A stretch of DNA of 64,000 bases, from the NCBI GenBank assembly GCA_045837725.1, contig JBEWZL010000278.1:186001-250000 (forward strand), read 5' to 3'. Shown here in pieces: positions 13,294 through 23,872 of the stretch. Source of the DNA: Vermamoeba vermiformis (taxonomy: Eukaryota). Position 1 is the stretch's first letter. Each line of letters starts with the position of its first letter. Both the position numbers and the translations under genes were made by a program. The notes beneath the pieces were generated by a model, which saw nothing but the letters and a program-made list of their open reading frames with translations, made no database searches and was not told the DNA's origin.

Positions 13294-15196
13294 TCACCAT
13301 ATTATTGCCTCGTTACAAAAAACAAGACCTGAGCGATCCTTCGTGCGGATTCGCTGACTGTTTGTTGTCGTACGAGGAGCTTCATTCTTTCTCTTGCATT
13401 CAGGAAACGATTCTTTAACCACATGAAGCAACGTTTCAGACGTCAATTCCTCGCTAGTTTCCAAAGATTGAGCCTGCCTGAATACCCGGACTGCGATGTC
13501 TTGTGCCGCTGCAATTAACAGCTTGATAGCCCTTGGTGTGATATAAATATCAGTCTTATGATGATACAGCTCACTATAGATAACCCTTGTCCAAGCGTTG
13601 AGAGTCCTATTGTTCTCGTAAGCAGCAATTTCTTGGAATTCGTCGAATTCGCATTCCTCCTTGTCGATGACCGTGTAGTCGTTGAAATTGAGCCAAAATA
13701 CCGCCAAATTATCATCCAATATGTCACTGATTTCTTGGAGATATGCGACAAGTGACTCGTAAACAGTGTAACGATAAGCTGCGTTACGATCGTCAGTTAT
13801 AACAGCGCCATCGTGAATCTTGTATAGTTGTTTCGGATGGTAGTCTTCATCGTCATATCCCTCCAAAAGATGACTGGAATTTGTACGTCCATTTCAAAAT
13901 GTCGTAGTCGTCCGGATCTTCGTCTTCATCTTCGCGTTCTCGTTTTTCAATCGGCTCATTGTCTTCCTCATCCAAAGAAGTGGATTGATCGCTGACGATA
14001 TATTCGTCGCTATCTGAGGCCATGTCACTTGAGTCCAATTCAATTGGTGTCCGGTCGTTCTGGATCTCCGGATCAAACGTGGTTGCCAAGGGTTGTTCGA
14101 GATCATCATTGCAGTATCCGCCAAGATAATAATCTATCTTTTCATATTTTGTTATTGTCGGGCCATAACTAATATACTCAAGTGTTGGAAATTGTACGTA
14201 AGGCACGGAATCAGCCTCGTCATGCCGATAGTTCGGTAGCAGCCTGAATCGAGCTCCATTACAGCACTTTAGAATTAAAATTAGTAAATATGCGCCTTAA
14301 ACTATAGTAGAGCGTACTTTAATCAGCTCCCGAACATCATTTGTCAATGGTAAATCATAGAGCGAACAGTCGGTGTCGATCTCTTCGTCAGTAAGACCTG
14401 GTTCAAAAAATGCAGGACTCGAAACGCCTTGTTTAACGACGCCATAGTCATCAATGATCTTCTGAAGCTTCATCTTGATGTCTTCAATCACTTTGCGAAT
14501 GAAAACTGAATTGACATGATTGCGTCTGTACTCGGCAAACCAATCGATTTGATCGTCTGGAACGACATTCTTCCACTCACTTCTGTCTTCATGTTTCGGA
14601 TCAATGCCTGTGAAATGGTTCTCAATGTCGTGACGTTGTTTCCAATGACGAGAGTTGTAAAACAGCTCGCGCCACACGTGATGTGATTGGAGCACGAGGG
14701 CATTTGTCAGCTTACACACTCTGCGCCACTTGAACAACGTGTATCGCGAATCACAATGGTTGATTATTTCTTGGCAGAGCTCGGGAGGAAAATCTCGGCT
14801 AGCAAACTTCGAAGAAAAATTGAGCCATTTTTTAAACTCGGATCGCTCCTTGTCAGAAGAGTTGTTTCATTTGTCCATGTGGTGGCAAGCGTAATTTAAG
14901 ATTATAGCGGATCTCTTGCGTAATAATTCTTTCTCCTGTGGAGCAAGAAAATCTTCAATATTTGAATAATCTAATGGCTCGTCGTTTTCGCTCAGATCTG
15001 AGTCTTCTTCTAGCTTCTTTTCTAATGCCTCGTTTTCTTTTCTTTTTTGCTCAATTTTTCTGCGCTATTAAACAAACTGAAGTTAAAATATTGACAGATC
15101 TGCGGGAGACCAACCCAACAACGCTACCTTGAGCTCGAACTTATCGTTGATACATAATTCAGCTATTTTTCTCTTTTTTGAAGATCTATTGTCCAT
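13294..15196 (-). pseudogene. F-box + SMI1/KNR4-like + histone-fold protein gene with an in-frame TGA and a frameshift
   Basis: ATG at 15196 (MDNRSSKKRK). F-box DFPPELCQEIINHCD..LFKWRRVCK; SMI1/KNR4-like PGLTDEEI..LPLTNDVRELI..NG; C-terminal histone-fold-like segment. In-frame TGA at 14867-14869 and a frame change at ~13865. Confidence 0.6.
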
Positions 15197-15299
15197 TGTT
15201 ATCAAGTGTGTTTGCAACTAATTGTTGACAGTTCTTGTTGCGTGCCGCCTGTAATCAAATTTAGCAAAAACATTCTTGAAGCCAACACGCAGCAATTAT

Positions 15300-17065
15300 T
15301 TATTTCGACTCGGCATTCTTTCCTCGTACAAGATGTAAATAATAGTTTAAGAAATAAAACTGATTGGTCGAAGTTGGCTCGCGAATCGGATGCAGGGATC
15401 TGAAAGGATTCAATTGATGACTCAGCGTTACTTTGCCTCCCAACTTTTCAATGTACTTCTGATCTAATTCAGCTTCTTCTGCATTATAAGATGTCACTAA
15501 CAGCGGTACATTATGTTGCAAGATCCATTCCAGCGCTGGTTTCCACGAATTCTCTTTGTTCATTAATTCCGCTTCATGAATGCCAGAATTGAATGCGCAC
15601 ACGAGATCAGGCTTCTTAAATTCATTCTTATCCGTCGGCTGGTTCTCCGTATTATTATTAGTATTATTCGTGTTGTTTTCGTTCTTTGGGTTGCCGTAGT
15701 TAAGTACGTATTCTTCGTAGAGCATTGGGTACGACAAGAATGTCATCTTTTTGCCAACTTTTTCGCATTTATCGCACGTGTTAGCGTCAGGCATGTGAGT
15801 CTCGGACAGTTCAGGGCCGACCATAACAACATTCAATTGTTTCAGGTTGGGCAGTACATGCAATAACTCTTCAAAGACAGTCACTGTCAATTGTTCATTC
15901 GTTATTGCAGCGCCAACAATGTGAATAGTCAGTTCTGTAGCTTCAGCCAAGTTGACGGTGTTGAACTGAGCACGTATCTGTCAGTACCTTCACGATAATA
16001 CGGAGGGCTTATTTACCTTTTCAAGCGCATATAATGCTGTGACTGGCATTGAAAGCGGCGAGCTAATTATAGAAACACCGACTTGACTCATATCAGGTGC
16101 CTCTCGTGCGTCAAAAAAGCTCTTCCAATCACCTGTACACACGTGTCAGATGCAGCGCTCCCGTTATTACCCTGTATTTAATTACCTGCTAATGGCGTAT
16201 ATTTTTCAGCAATAAAATCACTCGTCCAAACAAACGGCACTTTCATCTCGTAGATTGCTTTTTCAATTTCAACGGTCAAGTTGTACACGGGACACAGCTC
16301 TTCGTGGAGTTGCTTGACCTCACTGATCACAATGTAAGATTGTAGTCTTATTCAATAATGGTACTTACGCCTTGTTAACGTGCTTTGGACAGAATGACAC
16401 GATGTGACACTTGGGACAGTTGACCAGATCTTTGCGGGAATGGCAGACATTGCACGACTATGATAGTATTATGTTAATATGAAGCTTATAATGCTAAAAA
16501 TATAGTATTTACGTCTTGAAATATGACCACATTCGTTTCTTCATAAGTAAGTGGTCGTTGCAGATCTTCGCCAATAGCAGCAATGCAGAGCCGTTGATAA
16601 TCTAACCAAGTTGATTCATCGAATGGCTGGTCAATAGGGATTTTTTGCATATCAGAGTTATTGCGTAGATTCTCGAGGGCTTTGCACAGCAGTGTTGAGA
16701 AGAAAATAAGAAAAATTAATTATCGGAGCATTTTTAAAAATTGTAATTATAATATATTATCCATCTGTATACATATAACCGTCTTATATAGTATTTGATT
16801 TATTTAATTAAAAATTATGAATGAAGAAAAAATATTTGTGGACACTTATCTTTGTGGTTATTGAAGTCTTCTCGTTGATGTTCGGCGCTACAATACCACA
16901 CACCCTTGCATCTACTACAGCGCATCGCAGAGCCGCCCTATTAAAGGTCAATACGTCGATCTTGCCAAACGTTCCAAGATCAGTATTCAAACTCACTTTT
17001 GCGGTAGACTCGCTTTTGCAGATGCGACATACTCGCGGCATAAATCGTGCTGATAGTCCAAACAT
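15300..17065 (-). CDS. MYND zinc-finger / MSS51-like (ZMYND15-type) protein
   Basis: Spliced MYND fingers (CRIC..RCSRCKGVWYCSAEHQREDFNNHKDKC and a second finger with CPKCHIVSFC). MSS51 C-terminal motifs LTIHIVGA, VVMVGPEL, KPDLVCAFNSG, LVTSY, NPFRS. Confidence 0.85.
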
Positions 17066-17148
17066 GTTGTTTCTCTTAAAGACAAAATTTCAATAAGAAA
17101 CAATTTTCTGCGATTCTTCGTTTGCCAATCTTTATTACTCGTATTAAA

Positions 17149-17613
17149 ATGAACGCAATAGCTTATCGAAACGGGGTGCTGATTTTTATTGCAGTCTTTA
17201 CTAGCTTCTTCGCTTACGCTTGGTGGACTGGAGCTCCCAATGTGTTCCGCTTGTTCTTCGGTAGAGACAGATCTCCCATGGAAGCTGTAGGATTTCGCTA
17301 CGGAGCATGTGCTATGATTGGTGTCGCACTTACTTGCTTCAATGCAGCCTGGGGGCCAGATCACGAAAAGAAGCGCACACTTCGAATTATGACCCCTGTC
17401 GGGGTAGCTTCAGTACTCATATCTCTGGCTGACAAACATCTTTTCGACCCTTTTTGGTGGTACGCGATCACTTTGACGTTTGTAGGAGGCGTAATTGCGT
17501 CTTACATTGGTGGATTCGTACTTGAAGAAGAAAAAGTACCAATTCAAGGGCACAAACACATCGCACCTGAGCCAGCTGTTGTTGCCGAGGCTTCAAAGGC
17601 TCATCAAGCTTAG
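17149..17613 (+). CDS. Small 4-TM membrane protein, tandem paralog 1 (154 aa, intronless)
   Basis: Four hydrophobic segments; same length and clear similarity to the copies at 18057 and 18895. Confidence 0.85.
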   Translation: MNAIAYRNGVLIFIAVFTSFFAYAWWTGAPNVFRLFFGRDRSPMEAVGFRYGACAMIGVALTCFNAAWGPDHEKKRTLRIMTPVGVASVLISLADKHLFDPFWWYAITLTFVGGVIASYIGGFVLEEEKVPIQGHKHIAPEPAVVAEASKAHQA

Positions 17614-17935
17614 TTTCGTTCTGGTTTGGTCTGTTCGAGAATGAAGGACTGTCGTGATCTAAAATTACAATAAATCTAGCGGGCTGATTAACTTTTCGCG
17701 TCGAATTCTGTTGTTTTCATGAAAAAAGAATTGTGCGCTTAGATTGCCTCGATTGCTGGGTGTTGTATCATTTGGGGGGGCGACTTCCCACCAGAACGCC
17801 TATTTGCTTGAGTAATATTCTACAATACAAAAGTAAATTCTATTAATTCAGGTGCATCACGTCCTACCTTCGAAACAACAGCATTTTTCGGTGAGATTTG
17901 AGGAACAATAATTTTAAGAGGTGGAGAATTGAATG

Positions 17936-17937
<2 letters not shown>

Positions 17938-18008
<71 letters not shown>
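17938..18008. repeat. Poly(T) homopolymer, 71 nt
   Basis: Uninterrupted T run directly visible. Confidence 0.95.
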
Positions 18009-18009
<1 letters not shown>

Positions 18010-18056
18010 TGATTGTTCGAGCCCCCATCGCAAAATCATTCGTCAAATCTATCATC

Positions 18057-18521
18057 ATGAACGCAATAGCTTATCGAAACGCTGTATTACTCTTCACTGC
18101 TGCTTACGCTAGCTTCTGGGTCTTCAACTTTTGGACCGGATCGCCCAATTTGTTCCGCTTGTTCTACGGCAAGGACAGATCGCCTTTGGAAGCTGTAGGA
18201 TTTCGCTTTGGAGCATGTGCTATAATAACAATAGTACTCATGTGCCTTACTGCCGTATGGGGATTCGACCACGAAAAGAGAAGGGCGCTACGCATACTCA
18301 CTCCTGTCTGGGTGGCGAATCTGCTCATCGCTTTGGCTGACAAACATCTTTTCGACCCATTTTGGTGGAATATGCTCACTCTATCGTTTATCGGAGGCGT
18401 AATTACGTCTTACATTGGTGGATTCGTCCTTGCAAACGAAAAAGTGACTATGCACGGGCACAAACACATCGCACCCGATCCCGCTGTTGTTGCCGAGGCT
18501 TCAAAGACTCATCAAGCTTAG
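18057..18521 (+). CDS. Small 4-TM membrane protein, tandem paralog 2 (154 aa)
   Basis: MNAIAYRNAVLLF...EASKTHQA*. The poly-Phe N-terminal extension in the ORF track is spurious. Confidence 0.85.
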   Translation: MNAIAYRNAVLLFTAAYASFWVFNFWTGSPNLFRLFYGKDRSPLEAVGFRFGACAIITIVLMCLTAVWGFDHEKRRALRILTPVWVANLLIALADKHLFDPFWWNMLTLSFIGGVITSYIGGFVLANEKVTMHGHKHIAPDPAVVAEASKTHQA

Positions 18522-18894
18522 TTTCGGTCCTGTTAGAATGAGGGACTGATCGTGATCTGAAATTTTCCGAGTAAAAATAAATGTAGCGTGTTAAATGAAC
18601 TCTTCGCTTCGATTTCATTTCAAATGTATCGCGATGTTCCGTATTGAGTGCGAGTGGACTGGTTGCCTCGATTGTCATCATTGCCGGAGTGATTTTCGAA
18701 GAGATCGCGATCCAACCAGATACAGCACTGTTAAATCCTATATACGAAGATTAATTCAACTTGTTTTAATATATATCAAGTAGAAGTATCAATCAAGTCC
18801 TACTTTTGAAACAGCAATAATTTTCGGTGAGATCTGAGGTACAACCATTTTGTATTTGCCCTGTAGCCCCGAATCTTTCGTTATATCTACCACA

Positions 18895-19359
18895 ATGAAC
18901 GCAACATCTTATCGAAACGCGGTACTACTCTTCACGGCTATCTACTCGAGCTGGTGGGGCTACGTGTTCTGGACTGGCTCGCCGAATCTGTTCAACATGG
19001 TCTTTGGCAAGGACAGGTCCCTATTAGAAGCATCGGGATATCGCTACGCAGCATGTGGTAACATAGGAATAGTGCTTCTATGTCTATCATCTGCTTGGGG
19101 CCTCGACTACGAAAAAGTGCGCGCACTGAGGATCCTGACGCCGGTCTGGCTCGCTGATCTTCTCATCATTCTCGCTGACAAGCCCTTATATAACACATTT
19201 TGGTGGAATCTCATTGCTGCCTCGTTTGTTTTCGGCATCGGTATCTCATTCATTGGCGGCTTCATCCTTTCGAACGAAAAAGTGTCGATCCACGTGCATA
19301 AGCCCGTAGTTCATGACCCGAATGTAGTAACAGATGCGTCTAAAGTACATCAGGCTTAG
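18895..19359 (+). CDS. Small 4-TM membrane protein, tandem paralog 3 (154 aa, most diverged)
   Basis: MNATSYRNAVLLF...DASKVHQA*; collinear with paralogs 1 and 2. Confidence 0.85.
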   Translation: MNATSYRNAVLLFTAIYSSWWGYVFWTGSPNLFNMVFGKDRSLLEASGYRYAACGNIGIVLLCLSSAWGLDYEKVRALRILTPVWLADLLIILADKPLYNTFWWNLIAASFVFGIGISFIGGFILSNEKVSIHVHKPVVHDPNVVTDASKVHQA

Positions 19360-19400
19360 TTTCATTGATTTCAAGTCGCTAAGAATAGCTTGATTTTTTT

Positions 19401-20041
19401 TTAAGGCAGATCCAAATTTAGCACTGCTGAATTTATCTGTAAAATAATAAATGAAGATCGATTTACGCTTAATGTCTGGTGCTTCTTCTTTCTGCGTGTT
19501 GCTTTGGCGAATAAATAAGCCAAGCCAGTAATCTCCAACAGAGCTACTCCTGCTCCAATCATATCGCGGCCGCGTAACGGAATGTAGCCTTAAATCTCGT
19601 TAGCCAAATACAACCGAAATAGTATATTAGTATATTTACCACTTCTATAAGCCCATACGCGCAGTCCAACGACATAAAAGTCGCCAAGCGCAATTAAACC
19701 AGAAAGGAGTTGATGGAACAGCGGATCTCGGCAATTAAACGCTGCATAACCTTCGAGGAATGGAAGGAATGCTAATAGTATACCTTTGCCCTAAAGCTGT
19801 AGAGTTAGCCTCGTGCTCGCGAAGCGGATTTGAGGGCGGAGTTCGAAAACTCGCGTTCTAAGCAATATTTTCCTTTACTTACTCGTGGTTCAAGCGTCAT
19901 CCATTTAGATACATCGGTAGTATCAAATGGAGGTGGCTGAACTGCGCCAGTGAAGTGCGCTAAGGCGGCAAGTTCGTTGAGTGCAGCAGAGGCGAGCCAG
20001 ATCAAGCGCTCGGACCATGGAATATTCAAGCTTAATGCCAT
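19401..20041 (-). CDS. Small spliced multi-pass membrane protein, unknown function
   Basis: MALSLNIPWSERLIWLASAALNELAALAHF, followed by GT-AG introns, then hydrophobic exons such as IGAGVALLEITGLAYLFAKATRRKKK. 3' end uncertain. Confidence 0.5.
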
Positions 20042-20724
20042 ACTATTTAAATAAAATATTAGAGCGAATTTTTTTGAGGTCAAGTAATAATAAAATAAAT
20101 TTAACAAATAGCCGTTCGAATCTGTTTCGTGCAAAGTTTGAATTGCAAGCCGTGCTCCCGCATAAAATATTAAATGTGTATTAAACATCAATATTATTAT
20201 ATAATAATACTACACTAATTTTGCACGTCGGTACAAGTTGAAACGGTTTTTGCTTGCAGCAACTGACGCAGTTTCCTTACCTGTACAGCTACTGTATACT
20301 CGGTATCTTACTATCCTCAACTCAGCTATTAATGTTGTACTCAAATAACTTCGGTTTTGTTAACTCAAAAGTCGACGAAAGTAGTTTACCAATTTTTAGA
20401 TCGCGTTAACTTGACTAAACTTATGAGTGCTCACTTCCTTAAGTACGTACTGTAATTTGAAGTGCTCAGTAAAGTAGAAGTACGTGTTGGTTGGCTCGCA
20501 TGTGTTGTAGCATAATCGCAATATTTGGAAGAAATCCTAGCCCGATCCGGAAAAATTGTAAGTACGGACAACAAAAATTACCCTGTGTTTAGTCCATTAA
20601 ATCTGTTTTAATTGCTAACAGTAAACAATACTCCACGGCATAGTATTGTCAGAACGTGAAGCAGCAACTAGAGAATATTTTATCTATTGTCCTCCGAAGA
20701 TCCGTTCGCCGCAACTGAATCAGA

Positions 20725-22836
20725 ATGGCTTTATTTTTGCCGATTTTGTTCTTAATTTTCGCCTCCATTGGTCTCTTTGCTTTGTACTCGAACAACAAGC
20801 TTCAGGTAATTAAAATTAGTGGATCTTGATCTCGTAAATTAACAATTTTGTCCAGAATTTCCATAAGAGCCTGACAATTCCCGGACCAAAACCTCAATTA
20901 TTTTGGGGTAATATTCGACAATTTAGCACTGACTTCCAGACTCAATTGAAGGGCATTATTGATAGTAAGTCCCGATCCGTCGCGCTATCTCCAAACCAAA
21001 AAAATTAGTCAAACTTTTAAATATGCGTTGTACAAGTCCATCTATAATAGCTAGGTATTATGTACCAATTGATTTCTGGAAATTAATCCTGTGTTGCAGC
21101 GTACGGTGAACCGGAGACTTTGCTTACTAGAATCTTTTTCTTCCACGCACCTACTATTATCGCTGTTAAGGCCGATCATGTTAAGCAGGTACGCATATAT
21201 TATATTAATACTTCAAATTTATTTCATTTAAATAACTTACTTAAATTTCGCGGCGCAGATCTTGAACGTTACCAGCGAACGCCAAGACGCTATCAACAAA
21301 GTTCATATGGACCATTTCTTAGGTCCTAAGGCCATGGTCTCGTTGCACGAAGATGAATGGAGATTTCACCGTCGCATTGTTTCCAAGGCCTTCGGTTACG
21401 CGCAATTGCAAGCTCTCGCGCCAGCATTTGCCTCGTGCGGTCAAGAGCTAATTGATGCACTGTCTAAGATCTCTAGCACCACTAATGTTAATATCGAGGC
21501 ATATTTGAAAGCTGTTACGTTGAACGTTATCGGTCGAACTGGATTCGGTTACAATTTTGACGCCGTTAATCGCATGGGAACTGGTATTGATCCTGTTGCT
21601 CAAGTAAGTCCTAATTCCTATTTATTAATAATATCCGACGTTGATTCAGTCGCCAACTATTTTTATAGTCTTCGTATTTTCGTACAAAAAATGATTTTTA
21701 ATTCTTAAATTACTTTCAGGCCTTTGAATATTTGCTGGCAGCTCACGCTACTCGCGAACGATCAATTAATCCGCTCGATTGGTTCTACAACGCACCTACT
21801 AAGAAGAATGCTCGTCACAAGGCCGAAAGAACATTGTTGCGCAGTACTATTCAAAATATTATCACCCGTCGCAGAAAGGAACAAGCTGAAGGCTCGCAAC
21901 AGCGTCACAATGATTTGTTGGAGTACTTTTTGGAGGCACATGACGACGACTCGGGTCAAAAGTTCACTGATGAGGATTTGCTCGATGAATTGCTCACTAT
22001 GATGTTCGCTGGGTACGTTGACTATATGCTTCCACATTGCGTCTTAATTGGTCTAAAATCTGTCACTTTTTTGACACCTCGGTGACACGTGTCATCGCGA
22101 AACTTTTTTCTCGATGTAGTCAGTTGCCATAGGCTTTATATGCATACTAATCGATTGTATTACGCAGCTATGACACGACCTCATTGATGTTGTCGTACAC
22201 ATTGTACTTGTTGAATATGAACAGAGACTGCGAGGCACTGTTGCACAAAGAGGCTGTTGAAGTCTTAGGCAACAGATTGCCCGGCTTCGACGACATTGCC
22301 AAGCTCAAGTACACTCAGTGCGTGTTGAAAGAGTCGTTGCGATTCTATCCTCCTGCTCCGTTGACTGCTCGCACTTTGACTCAAGATTTCGAGCTGGAAG
22401 GTCACATCATTCCCAAGGGATACAATATGTTCTTGCCTATATATTACATCCACACTCACCCTGTTAACTGGCCTGATGAGCCTCTCAAGTTCAAGCCTGG
22501 TAAGTTCGGGATATTGACCACGTCTACATCCATCAAAATTTTTTTCATCTTTGAAATACCGTCTATAATCTCATATGATTCTAATGATCAATATTTGCAG
22601 AGAGATTTGCAGATCTCGAGTCGTACAACCCCGCGGCTTTCTTGCCGTTCAGTGGCGGTGCTCGTACTTGCGTCGGTCAAAAGTTCGCAATGAACGAAGG
22701 CATTATAGTCTTGGCGATGATGGCTCGTCAGTTCTATTTCAGAGTGCAAGAGGGATTTGTGTTGAAGACGACTATGGGCATCGTGCAGAAACCTGTCAGT
22801 GGCTTGCCTGTCTTCGTGCACCAGTACAAGAACTAA
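20725..22836 (+). CDS. Cytochrome P450 (CYP4/CYP3-clan-like)
   Basis: N-terminal TM plus PGP hinge, WxxxR (WRFHR), I-helix MFAGYDTT (across an intron), K-helix KESLR, PER motif and heme signature FSGGARTCVG. Confidence 0.95.
22083..22094. promoter_or_regulatory. Intronic palindrome TGACACGTGTCA (copy 1 of 5)
   Basis: Exact match inside a P450 intron; function inferred only. Confidence 0.5.
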
Positions 22837-23872
22837 CCAAAATCCATGTTTTAACTTTATTTATTACTCTGTTGTAAATAAATTGCACTTTATATAGCGC
22901 ATGGTTAATGTCGCGGTATTTCGGGGCAGATCTAGCGGGTAATAGGTAAAAGATTGAAATGTGAATTGAAAAAAAAATCTTGCAAGATTAGGGTTTATTG
23001 TAAATTGTAAATAGAACTGTATAGCATATTTATATATGTATATATTTTAATGGATAATAAAAACAAGAAGCTTGTTGGGTCGCTGGATCAATCAACAAAA
23101 GGTAACAATAGCAAATCCAAATTGCACCGCTAAATTGAAGCTTCAAATTAATTCTAAAAATATGTTATTAATTATCATGAATAATTAGAGCTAGCATCGC
23201 CTCTACTCCAGGACAGTCATGAAAATCAGAAAAATATAGATCGAGGCGCCAACAAATACACAGTTTCTGGTAAACTCTTCAATACATTAATCACTCAATA
23301 TTAATCATGTTTTAGAAACATGGGCGATGATCCAAGAAGCACGAGCGAGAAACCCCTCGATCGATGAAAACTCGTGGCAGGACTCAGATCAAGAGCTATT
23401 TCAAAATCATTATAAAAGAAAGCATACATGTAGACAATTTTTATTCCAACCAATCATAGGTAGACCTAATTTCTAGATTTTTTGATATTTTTCGTGGATC
23501 TGACATTTGACTCAGGAACTTGTTTTACTGGCGTATGGCTCATTATAACTATCATAGCAGTAGTGTCTGTAGCATTAGTAGTCGGTTTGGTTGTTGGATT
23601 GTATAAATCAAGGTAGTTTTGAAACAGCTTTTTTGGCTCGGCGGATCCACATACATTTGATTCCATTCATACACTAAAATGTACCCTTCCTCATGGTAAC
23701 TACGTCTTAATATCGCATTTGATAGCGATAACATTATGAAACCGCCACAGGCAATGAAATTTTATCTGGGTTAATCTCGAATTCTTTTTCTTGTGATCGA
23801 TTTTTTGTTTTATTGTCCCCTCGTGTCGTTTTCTTTTCATTTCAGTCTATATTTTGTGACTATTCACCACAA

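Noticed and set aside
13874-13886. 13-nt GT-AG intron that would repair the frameshift
   Set aside because: Far below the intron sizes seen elsewhere in the window and lacks a branch point.
307-14869. Possible alternative genetic code suggested by in-frame TAA and TGA
   Set aside because: Conserved genes show no internal stops and terminate with TAA, TAG or TGA; the internal stops occur only in fast-evolving, otherwise damaged genes.
17864-18058. Poly-Lys/poly-Phe ORFs
   Set aside because: Translation artefacts of the poly(T) tract; paralog alignment places the true start at 18057.
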